Origin: Octopus vulgaris
Lineage: Eukaryota
Length of the DNA: 64,000 bases
Assembly (NCBI GenBank): GCA_951406725.2
Contig: OX597822.1
Location: 101,246,001 to 101,310,000 of the forward strand
Direction: 5' to 3'
Positions within the stretch are counted from its first letter, which is position 1. Every line of letters starts with the position of its first letter. The notes beneath the pieces are model-generated. The model was given only the letters and a program-made list of their open reading frames with translations, had not been told where the DNA came from and did no database searches. This document shows positions 29,148 to 41,689 of this stretch, one piece after another. The translations under genes and the position numbers were made by a program.

Positions 29148-29846
29148 ATGAGCTGCCTCATAGCTAAACATAACTATATTAACATGAGAACAGCTAGATT
29201 AAGAGCAAGCTATAACAACCAATCGAACCCCATTCATCCAGACAGTAGACAATATAATCGAGCTGGCAGCCATAATACCCAAACAGTTAGTAATAACACC
29301 CGCCAACACAACAGAGGCAATACCACACCCATCAACAACCAGGAGGATAACAGCGCCCCTACACGTAATGCAACACCTCCGCCTGGGATTAACAGCGCAC
29401 GACCAGGAAATGCAATGCACTGCAACTGCATATGTGCATCCGAATGTCCACTACGTGGTGCATGTAGGGCGAAAAACGTAATCTATTCATGTGAGGTGAG
29501 TACCCAGTTTAACACACTCACCTACATAGGTTGCTCGACCTCCTGGAAATCTAGATACTACAACCACCGGTCCTCGCTTAAGCATAGGCATAAAGCTAAC
29601 AGCACCTCCCTTTCTAAAAAAATTTGGGAATTAAAAGACAAAAGCATAGGTTTCAAACTCAGGTGGTCCATCATCGGATCAGCTGCACCTTATTTAAACA
29701 ATAGAGCAGGATGCCAACTATGTTGTGTAGAACTCCTGAATATCTTGAAATTCAAGGAGAAACACAATCTTATTAACAAAAGGTCAGAGTTCAAACCATC
29801 CTGTATACACAAACTTATTAATACTTTCAAATACTACAAAGCTTAG
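29148..29846 (+). pseudogene. PLE GIY-YIG endonuclease domain (C-terminal part of truncated ORF)
   Basis: CNC..CPLRGAC..NVIY..YIGC..WKSRYYNH..LSKKIWELK..CQLC..E..LINKRSE..C.H. Confidence 0.88.
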
Positions 29847-31420
29847 GCTATTATACCAGCTTCCCCATGCAATTTTCCCCCACCCGGTGCAACCTGTCGG
29901 CTCCATTTCTAACTCTGATGTTGAGCGCACACCACCAAACCCCGCTTCCCACCCTTCCAACTTTCAGTTCACCCCGCCCGCCCCTACGTGGTCACCTTTA
30001 GCACACACCTTTAACTTTACACTTTCAACCACCTTTTATTTTTACCTTCATCTCATGTTAAGCTTTACCCGATTATATTTTTATTTTTATTTTATTTTAT
30101 CCTATTTTATTTTGCTTTATCTTTATTCTTATTTTTATTTTCATTCTTTATATTAATTTTTATAGTTTTTATAATTTTTATACTTCATTTCTAATTTTTA
30201 TACATCTTTTAATATCTTATTTCTATACCTGTATGTGTGGGCATCTGTGTATGTGTATGTAAGGGTATGCGCACACGCGCGTATAGACACACAGATGTGT
30301 GTGTGTGTGTGCGTGTGGATACGTGCGCGTGGGTCCGTGTGTATGTATGTATGCGTGTATGTATGCACACGTGGGTGTGCATGTATGCACACATATATAT
30401 GTGCGTGTGTGGCTATGGGTGTGAGTATATATATACGTGTGTGTATGTATATGTGTATGTATGTATATGTATACATGTGCATATATATGTATGCATATGT
30501 GTATGTGTATATATATATATATATATATATGTATATACGTATGTGTGTGTGTGTGTATATGTATATGCACATGTATATTGTCCGTGTATATATATGCATA
30601 TTTTGTTGTGTGTATATATATATGCGCATGTGTGTGTGTGTATATGTGTATCTGTATATGTTTACACGTGAGTACGTATGTATGCTTATATGCTTGTGGC
30701 TGGGTATGCGTGCATATATGTGCGCGTGTATATGGGTGTATGTATCCATGCGGGTACGTATGTACCAGATGACCACTTAATACGTTACGAAGAACTAGAG
30801 GAACTAGATAAGCTGCTCAACAACTCTGATTTACAATACACTAAGTCCCCAGACGCCCCTGTTGATCTATGACACCCAAGACTTCTACAACCAGAATTTG
30901 TCATTTCCCTGACCACCATGTTTGGTCCGTAACTACTATATATCCCTTATCCTTATATTCTTTTACATTTCTTATTATTTTTATTTCTATTTTTATTTTT
31001 ATAACTTTATACCGTTATATTCATTTATATTTTTTTATATTTTTTAATATTTTTTATATTTTTTATATCTCTTTATATCTTTATACTCTACATTTTTATA
31101 TTTTTCTATACTTTCACTTTTTATATATTTTTTATCCTTCGTCCTGAATTCTCGCCCCTCCATCTTTATCTCTATTTACTCTTATTACCAGGTTCCTTCA
31201 CGTCTGTCTGCATTTATATATTTATATATGTATATATTTATTTATTAATTTATTTACATTACTTCAACATCCAAATTTCCTCATTCTACATTGAGAGAAG
31301 AACGAGATGGACGCTTCATTTTTATGCTGTTGCCGCATTATGTCGTACGCGAATGAGAGGATTTGCATCCCCAACCAAGAATTTTTGATGTAATACATGT
31401 CCTTGTGGAAGTTATTGTGC

Positions 31421-31498
31421 GCGGCTGAAGAAGGCCACAGACATACATTATGCATTGTTATAAATCCGTCTAATAAAGGCCCGAAACATATGTACCGC
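31421..31498 (+). ncRNA. Type I hammerhead ribozyme at PLE 3' end
   Basis: GCGG CTGAAGA AGGCC..GGCCC GAAAC ATAT GTA CCGC; palindromic stem III ACATATGT; predicted cut after 31494. Confidence 0.8.
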
Positions 31499-31531
31499 TG
31501 AATCCTTGGCATCATGTTTTTATTTTGATTA

Positions 31532-31566
<35 letters not shown>

Positions 31567-31805
31567 CGCGCATGGCGGAGACGTAAACGGACCCCTTCCC
31601 CCTTTAGAAAATTTGTTTTACGGAATCTCACGTTTTCGGCTATGGAGATTCCGATTCAGAAGAAAGTTTTCAAAAATCGCTACTCCAAAAGTTCAATCCC
31701 CGCCCCATTTCTTCATTTTTCACTTTTTCCGGAATTTGTTTTTTGTCTGAAATACTTATAAAAATACGGAGATTATGTATCTTAAAAAAAAATTACCCAA
31801 CTCAC

Positions 31806-33457
31806 ACAAAATGATATGCTGTCGCTTATTCATCTCGAAGTCATGAGTTAATTTCTGTTACTGCGTTACACGTTAATTTTGTTAAACGTTTTTTGTTGTG
31901 CGGTTACACGGTATTTGTCTGTCTGTGTTGAGACAGACAAGGACAGCCCCTCCCTAATGGGAGAGACGGCAAGAATATTCGAAACCCAATCAGACTTGTC
32001 TACGTCTGAGGAGAAGTTGGAGGAAGCGGTAAAAAGAATGGATCAAAAATTGGGTAATACCTATGCTGGAGTTGCTAAAAAATCAGAGGAGAGAGAGTTG
32101 GACTTAGCCAAGCTGCCAAGTTACCAGAAGTTTATCAAGAAAGAGGGCGGTGAGGTGGAATTAGCACCGCCACCAAAGCGTAGAGAATGGTACGAGAAAA
32201 GGACCATTACATACAGGGTCTATGTAAACGGAAAGAGAAAAATCGAAGTGGTAAATATGGAATGGATAGAAGAGGCTCTGAGAAGAACAGAGGATGAGAT
32301 AACATTTCTGACAAGAGGTATAAGCTACGGTATTGTGGTGGTACAGTTCAGGAGTGAAAATGTAGCAAGGAAGATGGCGGCGAAAGCAGTAAAGTCTGAG
32401 AGGGTATTCCTTTTACCCTCATACCTAAACAGGAAAATCACTAGAATAAGGGTAGAGGGAATACCCCCAAATGTCGAAGCTGAATGGATTGTGGCAGCTA
32501 TAATTAGCGGTCATGAAGAGGAAGTGAACATCCTCCACGCCACGGTAAAAATCGAAGGCTGGAGAGGCACAACGCTAGATTTGAATGCACAAGCGGAGGA
32601 TGAAGTACTAGAGAATCTAACAGAGAATATCAGAATGGGAGGCGTGATCATGAGAGTGTGGGTGGAGGGCCGAGCTCCTCGCTGTTACAAATGTGGCCTG
32701 AGAGGGCACATAAGAGCTAACTGCCCTCCCCCAGAGAAAGATATGGATGCGGAACCACAAAAAGAGGCGGAAGAAGTGCAGAAACCAGAAGAGAAAGAGA
32801 CAACAGAAGAAGAAGAGGCTTCAAAATAATGGGAAGAAGCCAGGAAAAAGAGGAAAAGAAGAATAAGAGGAAAAGCAAACAACACGGAATACCAATCCAC
32901 CCCAACACCACCCACACCCTCTGAGTCCCACCCTCTCCCCACAGACAGTGAATCCACCCGCTCCCCTCCAATAAGAAAACAGAAAAGAAAAGACACACAC
33001 AACCAAAATACAAAAAATGAACCCAGGCCCAACATTGTATGTATGACGGGAAAAGAAAAGATTAAAAAGACAATGGAAGAATATCAGTGGTGTGACAGAG
33101 GACCGATCAGATATGCAGTAATTGAAAAGGAACGAATGGACGAGTTTATGGAAATGTGTGTTAGGGAGGATTGGGAAGTAAGTGAAGTGAGAATGGACGA
33201 AAAAAATCATGAGGGATTTGGAAGAGACGTTTGAAACAAGGATGGAGATAGATGGATTTTGTATAGGAACTGAACAAGGAGCATTTGTGTGGGATTAATA
33301 ACTAAAGGACAGGTAAGAGATGCTAGCGGATGGGGCCGTTAGCATCACTTTCATAATATCATTTTCAAAATTCATCTTTCATTTTTATGTAATCGTGATG
33401 TTTTATGTCCCCAATGTTTGTAGTGTCCCCTCTGTGTGGCCCTTGTGGGTAATAAAG
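31806..33457 (+). mobile_element. ORF1-only non-autonomous Tx1/L1-type retroelement (half-LINE)
   Basis: TSD AAAAAAAATTACCCAACTCAC at 31785-31805 and 33458-33478; single gag-like ORF; AATAAA at 33451; tail shared with Tx1 and SINE B. Confidence 0.85.
31957..33234 (+). pseudogene. Tx1-type ORF1/gag-like nucleic-acid-binding protein (about 425 aa) with one in-frame stop at 32827
   Basis: TYAGVAK, RRM-like TRIRVEGIPP, zinc knuckle CYKCGLRGHIRANC. The frame continues after TAA as WEEARKKRKRR into ORF 33043-33234. Confidence 0.85.
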
Positions 33458-33763
33458 AAAAAAAATTACCCAACTCACCCCTCACCTTGCGATTCTACAA
33501 CCATGGCCTTCAAACCGGCTACCCATCTCCCAATTCTACGGCCTTGGCCTTCAAGCAGGGTTATCCACATGCTAGAAATAATTGTATCGGCAGAAGTAGT
33601 TCTAGCCACCGTAGTATTACTGTTTATAACAGTAATAATACTTCACATATTTGGATTTTTATTGTTTACGATAGTTTCTTTTTAAACGGAGCGGGACGTT
33701 TAAAGTTAGAAACGCACACGAGTTGATGTAGTGAATATTTTAGAAATAGATGTTAAATACTAT

Positions 33764-33825
33764 TTCCAACTGATGATCGCAGAGCATGATTTTCACGCAG
33801 AGCATGAAATCAATTGATATTGGGA
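33764..33825 (+). ncRNA. Degenerate hammerhead-like motif
   Basis: TTCCAA CTGATGA .. GAAA TCAATTGA TA TTGGGA; palindromic stem III; stem II scrambled by a CGCAGAGCATGA duplication. Confidence 0.55.
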
Positions 33826-33979
33826 CATGTATTATCTATTTTCGTATTCCATTCTGAAGGTAGGCCTATTTTTAAGATGTTCATTGCATTTCTGGTGTGT
33901 ATATTTATCGCTAGATTTGTGTTTTTTTAAAGCTGCTACTTTGACTTTTATCAAGCGGTATTTTTACTCTTCTTTTCTT

Positions 33980-34045
<66 letters not shown>

Positions 34046-34047
<2 letters not shown>

Positions 34048-34409
34048 ATAAGATCGTTAATTTAAAAATAAAACAACGATTTTATCAAGTGGTCAGCATG
34101 GAAAAAATAACCTTCAAAGGTAATAATTATTAAAATTATAAATTAGGGTATCTACGAGATACCACCATGCTGAAAATATTTATGTATTTATGTTTCTCTT
34201 CTGTGTGTATTCTACTGACGAGGCAAAGCATTACTAAATGCAAGGTTGGAAATCCGGGATCTAGAATTATCCAGTAATTTTTTACTAGTTTCATCCTTGT
34301 CGCTTCGTTTTCTCTCCGTGTTGATATATGGACAATTAAGGTGGTTTTAGAGTCAGATCATGGCTGCTATTTTTAGCATGGTGGTAACTCGTAGATATCC
34401 TAATTTATA

Positions 34410-34415
<6 letters not shown>
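34046..34415 (+). mobile_element. PLE pLTR-like element with 5' inversion and degenerate HHR
   Basis: 34132-34178 is the inverted copy of 34368-34414; ATTCTA CTGACGA..GAAA TCCGGGAT C TAGAAT at 34209-34267; (TA)n on both sides. Confidence 0.65.
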
Positions 34416-34445
<30 letters not shown>

Positions 34446-34760
34446 CGGCAACGAGAGTGCATCTACATTATCACTCAAATCACTAAAAATGTTAAGCAAC
34501 GATCGCTTTATCTGCAGTATATCATGTAATAAAAAACATTTTGGATAATTTACACGAGACTACACTTAGCATGGTAAAATGACGGTGGAATGTTACCGCC
34601 TAAATGCCTTTGATCATAACTTTATTCAGGCAGAACTGATTTTAGAGATAATCGACAGTTGCAATAATTCTCTTTTTTTTTTTTAATCATAAGCCGAATA
34701 AAGATTCACAGTAAGTTGATATGCAGGAAATAGAAGACATAGGCTTTTTGGAACCATATA

Positions 34761-34969
34761 ACGAAGTGGTGCTGAAAACTTCTTATCTTTGGGCAAAAAA
34801 AAAAAAAATACAAGAAGATCAGTTATTATAATTTTATTTAACATATTCCCCTGTCAGATTCGCACACTTATTGTAGCGGTCCTTCAGTTTTTCCAAGCCC
34901 TGTTTGGGCCTCCAACCAGACCTATCGTGATATCCTTAAAGCCAGGAACTGTTCAGCTTCCCCTCGTAG
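34761..34969 (-). mobile_element. mariner-derived MITE, same family as 10264
   Basis: TIRs GTGCTGAAAACTTC / CCAGGAACTGTTCAGC; reverse-complement match to 10264-10485. Confidence 0.72.
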
Positions 34970-35475
34970 GGGGATTAAGGGGGACTATTGAACAATGTAG
35001 CTCTGTGTATACTGTTTACGGTAAAAAGGCAAGAGGTTCATGGCTGAAATCCTTGAATCATACGCTTCCTGTTCAAGGTTAACCTAGGGTTAAATAAAGG
35101 CAGTAGCACATTTAATGAAAGTTTGCAAAGTAAAATTGGTGCTTGAATTTTTGAAAAAGATCAAGGCTGCATTTATTTTCTTAATTCTTAATTAATTGCT
35201 GTATCAAATTATATATTCATCTACTTAATTCATGTATTTTATTGTTTAATTAAAATGTCGGTTATCTTAACTGCACAGCTTACCACTCAGGGGAAAACTT
35301 AAATTTAAACCAATTAAAACCAAATTAAATCTAAAACGTTTATTCCACCTTCTACTATAAACCATTTTGTAATGTTCTCTATATCGTTATCAAGATAGTA
35401 AATCACGTCATATAAACAAAAGAAGAAAATATGAGAAAGCCAAAGTTTCCCAGACATTAATACATAGTAAAACTA

Positions 35476-35864
35476 CGTGGAGGCGCAATGGCCCAGTGGT
35501 TAGGGCAGCGGACTCGCGGTCGTAGGATCGCGGTTTCGATTCCCAGACCGGGCGTTGTGAGTGTTTATTGAGCGAAAACACCTAAAGCTCCACGAGGCTC
35601 CGGCACGGGATGGTGGTGATCCCTGCTGTACTCTTTCACCACAACTTTCTCTCACTCTTACTTCCTGTTTCTGTTGTACCTGTATTTCAAGGGGGCCGGC
35701 CTTGTCACTCTCTGTGTCACGCTGAATATCCCCGAGAACTACGTTAAGGGTACACGTGTCTGTGGAGTGCTCAGCCACTTACACGTTAATTTCACGAGCA
35801 GGCTGTTCCGCTGATTCGTATCAACCGGAACACTCGTCGTCGTAATCGACGGAGTGCTTCCATC
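35476..35864 (+). mobile_element. SINE family A with 122-bp flanking duplication
   Basis: 35354-35475 is repeated at 35865-35986. Confidence 0.93.
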
Positions 35865-36148
35865 ACTATAAACCATTTTGTAATGTTCTCTATATCGTTA
35901 TCAAGATAGTAAATCACGTCATATAAATAAAAGAAGAAAATATAAGAAAGCAAAAGTTTCCCAGACATTAATACATAGTAAAACTATATTAGAGAAGGCA
36001 GATGTTTCAGAGCAAAATTATTTTAGAAAATATTATCGCCATATTGGCATCTACATATTTATGCAAAAATGCAATTCATACACTCTAGACCTCACTCTAT
36101 AGGTAGTTCTATTAGTTTTTTTGTTTTTTTTAACTAATACAAATATAT

Positions 36149-36801
36149 AGGCGCAGGAGTGGCTGTGTGGTAAGTAGCTTGCTAACCAGCCACATGGTTC
36201 CGGGTTCAGTCCCACTGCGTGGCATCTTGGGCAAGTGTCCTCTGCTATAGCCCCGGGCCGACCAATGCCTTGTGAGTGTATTTGGTAGACAGAAACTGAA
36301 AGAAGCCTGTCGTATATGTGTATATATATATATATATATACGTTTAAATATTTGTTGTGCAAGATTTTTTATGTGAAGTCGTGTGTTGAAACAGATATTG
36401 TTATATTTCGAAATGGTCATATTGTCAGTTTAGCCAATAAAAACACACGCACTATATATTTGGTGTTATTTTGCTTCAGTGATATTTATTTTTTACATTA
36501 ATCTTAATCTTATTTCGGCCAGAGTTCTTTCGTCACACTCCTGTGACCGCATCAGTGGTCCTTTGTTTTCTTCTCACTTATTTGTGTCTCTCTTTACTAA
36601 CCGTCAGTAAGGAGAGACACAAATAAGTGAGAAGAAAACAAAGGACCACTGATGCGGTCACAGGAGTGTGACGAAAGAACTCTGGCCGAAATAAGATTAA
36701 GATTAATGTAAAAAATAAATATCACTGAAGCAAAATAACACCAAATATATAGTGCGTGTGTTTTTATTGGCTAAACTGGCAATATGACCATTTCGAAATA
36801 T

Positions 36802-36865
<64 letters not shown>

Positions 36866-37081
36866 GTGTCTGTGTTTGTGCCCCTAGCATTGCTTGACAA
36901 CCGATGCTGGGGTGTTTACGCCCCCGTCACTTAGCGGTTCGGCAAAAAGTGACCGATAGAATAAGTACTGGGCTTACAAAGAATAAGTCCCGGAGCACTC
37001 GACTAAAGGCGGTGCTCCAGCATGGCCGCAGTGAAATGACTGAAACAGGTAAAAGAGAGAGAGAGAGAGAGTAAAAGAGTA
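36149..37081 (+). mobile_element. SINE family C split by a palindromic insertion in its internal (TA)n
   Basis: 5' half at 36149-36340, 3' half at 36810-37081. Confidence 0.9.
36395..36809. repeat. Near-perfect palindrome with 204-bp arms and 7-bp spacer; PLE-pLTR-like
   Basis: 36395-36598 is the reverse complement of 36606-36809; HHR-like motif at 36643-36687. Confidence 0.93.
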
Positions 37082-37606
37082 TATGAATGAACAAATAAAC
37101 AAGTATAGATGTAAGCTTAATTATCTGGCTTAAGATTTCGCCTCACAACTACCTGGATACAGGTTCGAATCCACGAAATGGCACAGTGATCGAGTGTCTC
37201 CTCCTAACAGAAGATATCAATACATTTTGAGTGAAAATTTGTACAGATTTATAGCTATTATGCGCAAACACAAAATTCATATCATACAGCCATTTGTAAT
37301 ATAAAGGTTATAGTTTACTGTTTTTTTTTATAATAGACAAATATATTGGTATTTATAGCTATTTATAGTATACACAAATGTTAAGGATTAAAATGCTTTT
37401 TAATAATTCAAATATGACTACAATCGTTGAAGGTGTGAATCATAAATTAACAGAAAAAAAAAATGGGGTAAAATAGAATTGGTAAATTTTCGAGGATGTA
37501 TTATTAGCAAATACACATTATTGTTAAAATATGGTTTAACTAACATAAGTTTTTTGTTTGTGACCATAAAAGGAACTGATCAGTTGAGTTTCATTTTGCA
37601 TGGTTA

Positions 37607-38001
37607 TCTTTATATATAAAAGAGAAGTTGTGTGTCTGTCTCCTACGATTTAGATTCCTAACTACTCCCACATTTTGCGGTGCAGTTTAACCAAAACCGG
37701 GTATCTTATAGCCGTGATTCATATCGAGCCCTTCTGGGTATTAGCGCGCGTCTACGATGAGTCTACGATTTAAAAAAAAAATTACCATAATTTTTTTCCA
37801 TTTTAATGCATTTTTTCGCTATTATATAAGGGAAGTAACTCTCTAAAAATGTCTACGATGAGTCAACGATTTAAAAAAAAAAACCATAATTTTTTTCCAT
37901 TTTTAATGCATTTTTTTGCTATTTTTGGGCTATAACTCTCTAAAAATGCTTATATAGTTATTTCCCTTACAAACCCGAGCAACGCCGGGCGATACTGCTA
38001 G
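37607..38001 (+). mobile_element. Non-autonomous Helitron
   Basis: A|TC..hairpin CCCGAGCAACGCCGGG..CTAG|T; near-identical to 12204. Confidence 0.9.
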
Positions 38002-38272
38002 TAATACATAGAAATGTAAAGTGACGCTTACGAGCATGAGTCTTATCTTTGATGAAGTACTAAAATCACTGAATCTAGTGATATCGGTGTTTTTGCAACT
38101 TAATAAATATAAACGGGAAAACTAATCTGTAGGGTTTAGTTTTCGCATTCATATAAAAATGTGTATATAACGCACATTTTCTCGTTGTTTGCCACGTACA
38201 GCCAGTTGCCATTCGTGAGTGAGTTTGCTTTAGTAATTGTTTTAGGTGATGATGTAGTCGCAGCCAGACATA

Positions 38273-38650
38273 CACTACCGTCAGAAATTAATTAGCACCC
38301 TTGATTTGCTCTTTACTCAAGGTATGTGCTGTCACCTAGTGGCCATATCTCGAACTATTGCTTTGTTGCGTGTTCACTGTTGCGCAGAACGATGACGTAA
38401 CTTTGTTTGCAGAGCAGTTTGAGAGTCTACACCCTTATGATGTTGACATAGCAGTGCAACAACAACTTGGAGTGCGGATGCAGACAAATCTTCCTTTGTT
38501 TAATAGATATAGGTAGCGCTTCGCAGGGACCGAAATCACACCATACTAAGTTTTCTAATCGCGTAAGACGTTTTGAATAGCTCATAGGTTAATTGATTTA
38601 ACCTATTTAATGTAGAAATTTGAGAAGTGCTAATTAATTTCTGACTGAAT
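38273..38650. mobile_element. Tc1-like MITE
   Basis: Perfect 19-bp inverted repeat GTCAGAAATTAATTAGCAC at 38280 and 38627; left end TA|CACT. Confidence 0.7.
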
Positions 38651-38993
38651 ACAACTGAATACAACTGAAGCAATCAGAAATGAAATGACTTGGCCAAAGG
38701 CAGAAACGCCGCTTGGTTAATCGAAAAACTTAACAGCTAGACTACGCACTTTCACATTGCATCTCTCTTGCATTACATGGCTTTTTATCGTAGCCCCGTG
38801 TGACACCACATTTATTTAATTATTTACGATGTTAACGCATACTATGTTTCGGAAATTAGTGATCTCTTAGTCCAGTTCGAGTTTGTGTTTACTATAAATA
38901 GCGATAAGCTATTTATCTCTGTCTATTCAGGGAAAAGAATAACCAATATCTGACGAAAGAATAAAAAGACAGAAACTACTCAATGTTTCTCGT

Positions 38994-39024
<31 letters not shown>

Positions 39025-39362
39025 GAAGGAGATCCGTTGTTTTAATCACATTATTTTTAACGGCGATGTTAATAAGCGTATTTACTGAAAACATACACGT
39101 AAGCTTAACTCACATCGCTCTCTCTCCCTCCCTTGTCTCTCTATATGAATTGTGCGTGTGTTTGAGTGTGTGTGTGTGTGTGATGGGTATGTCCAGCTTG
39201 TCGCCCCGTGTTAAGCTGATTCTATCAGAGGCTCAGCCATAAGTGGATACGTATATAGCGATAGAATACTCAGCCCCTTCGTACACATATTAAATGAGCA
39301 AGTGGCTCAGTTGAAAGGAAAACTGGTTGCTCATGCGTCGAAACCGACGAAACATCATCATA

Positions 39363-39413
<51 letters not shown>

Positions 39414-39614
39414 GTCTGTCTGTCTGTCTGTCTGCCTGCCTGCCTGCATGTATGTATGTATGTATGTATGTATTTATGTACGTACGTACACACACAATCA
39501 GTATTTTCGGAGAGCTGTAATGCCACAACATCATTCAACGTATTTTGCTGGTGGTAGTTACGAGGACGCTATATGACTTCCAGTGACATAGATATGAGAA
39601 ATGTTTAACATTAC

Positions 39615-39843
39615 ATATTTCTTTATTACCCACAAGGGGCTAAACATAGAGGGGACAAACAAGGACAGACATAGGTATTAAGTCGATTACATCGACCCCC
39701 AGTGCGTAACTGGTACTTAATTTATCGACCCCGAAAGGATGAAAGGCCAAGTCGACCTCGGCGGAATTTGAACTCACAACGTAACGGCAGACGAAATACC
39801 GCTAAGCATTTCGCCCGGCATGCTAACGTTTCTGCCAGCTCGC
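39615..39843 (-). mobile_element. SINE family B
   Basis: TSD TGTTTAACATTAC at 39602/39844. Confidence 0.92.
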
Positions 39844-40564
39844 TGTTTAACATTACGAAATCAATTTGTGTGCCACACAGAATTATAATGAAAAATATTT
39901 AGCTTTTACAGCCTATTACAACATATTACAACGTATTATAACTTAACATTTCTGCGAGGCAATAAGCTTGTAAAACGTGTCGCAGGAGTAAAGCCTAATC
40001 ATAAATGAAACTTATTTTCTGAGGCAAAGGAAGGCGAAGGGACTTGTTACAAGAATATTACATTTATAGAAAGTCCCTAAGCATATTACAACTTGTTAAT
40101 AAGATCTAGGAATATTAACACTTCATAAACTTACCATATGCTTTCATGTACTCAACTATTTGGTAAATATGCATGATCCCTCTTAACTATTTATGTATTT
40201 TTGCATGCTTATGCCTGTATATGGATGTATAAGAATATTCATGTCGATATAGAAGCATATGCATGCGTATGTATTTATGAGTGTGTGTGTGTATCTGTGT
40301 AAGTGTGTGTGTGAACGTGTTCACGTATATATTTAAATATTTTCTCACAAGAAATACGTTACAAATAAATAAGTGCTATTCCTTTGATTTATCCGATAAA
40401 TTTCATACAAACAGCAGGAAAAAAATTACAAATATAAGAAAGCTGAAGTAAAAAGAAAGCTCTTTCTAAGCGATTCGTATCCACTTCATTTCAAGAGCAA
40501 ATCAGTTTGGCTTGATGCATGCGTACAATTGGATTTCTCGTAAGAGCGTTATAACGTGAAAAGT

Positions 40565-40949
40565 GGAGGCGCAATGGCCCAGTGGTTAGGGCAGCGGACT
40601 CGCGGTCGTAGGATCGCGGTTTCGATTCCCAGACCGGGCGTTGTGAGTGTTTATTGAGCGAAAACACCCAAACCTCCACGAGGCTCCGGCAGGGATGGTG
40701 GTGATCCCTGCTGTACTCTTTCACCACAACTTTCTCTCACTCTTACTTTCTGTTTCTGTTATACCTGTATTTCAAAGGGCCGGCCTTGTCACTCTCTGTG
40801 TCACGCTGAATATCCCCGAGAACTACGTTAAGGATACACGTGTCTGTGGAGTGCTCAGCCACTTACACGTTAATTTCACGAGCAGGCTGTTCCGTTGATC
40901 GGATCAACCGGAACCCTCGTCGTCGTAACCGACGGAGTACTTCCATCCC
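40565..40949 (+). mobile_element. SINE family A
   Basis: TSD ATAAYGTGAAAAGT at 40551/40950. Confidence 0.93.
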
Positions 40950-41420
40950 ATAATGTGAAAAGTAGACCGAAACTTCGTCAGTAAAAGCAAAAATCCTCAT
41001 TAAAAAAACGCTCACGGTTCCCATATACATATTTTTCTTTCTTTCATCCTTCCATGGGCCCCGTAAACTTTGACAGAGTAGTAATGAGGTAGTCGAAATA
41101 CACGACGTTTCTTGTGCACGTTTATATGTGCAAGGATTTTGGAGCAAAATCCCTGATCCCATCACTGGTAATATATTTATTGAACCTGGAAGAATAGAAA
41201 GCAAAGTTGCTATGGGCGGAGTTTGAACTCAGAGGAAGGAGAGCTGAAACGAAATACGTCGCAACATTGTATATTATGTCACTGAAAGCACTGCCGAGTC
41301 GCCAATACACACACACCCACACACACAGAGGCACACACATGCATACAGTCACAGACAGACATACCCCCCGCGCACACATAAACGCGCACACACACACAAA
41401 CACACATGCAGTAATTAAAT

Positions 41421-41660
41421 ACCTATTTCTTTACTACCCACAAGGGGCTAAACACAGAGATGACAAACAAGGACAGACAAACGGATTAAGTCGATTATAT
41501 TGACCCCAGTGCGTAACTGGAACTTATTATTTAATCGCCCTCGAAAGGATGAAAGACAAAGTCGACCTCGGCGGAATTTGAACTCTGAACGTAACGGAAG
41601 ACGAAATACGGCTACGCATTTCGCCCGGCGTGCTAACGTTTCTGACAGTTCGCCGCATTC
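41421..41660 (-). mobile_element. SINE family B
   Basis: TSD GCAGTAATTAAAT at 41408/41661. Confidence 0.9.
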
Positions 41661-41689
41661 GCAGTAATTAAATCTCATTAGTAAAGAAG

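Larger units (their letters stand above)
28885..31535 (+). mobile_element. 5'-truncated Penelope-like element with long 3' region and HHR, embedded in (TA)n
   Basis: PLE linker YNIPYN..NFPPTH..ISYSTLPNM, GIY-YIG ORF, HHR at 31421; TA tracts on both sides. Confidence 0.82.

Noticed and set aside
31562-31784. Sequence hosting the half-LINE, continuing at 33479-33725, as a DNA transposon
   Set aside because: No convincing TIRs or Helitron termini found
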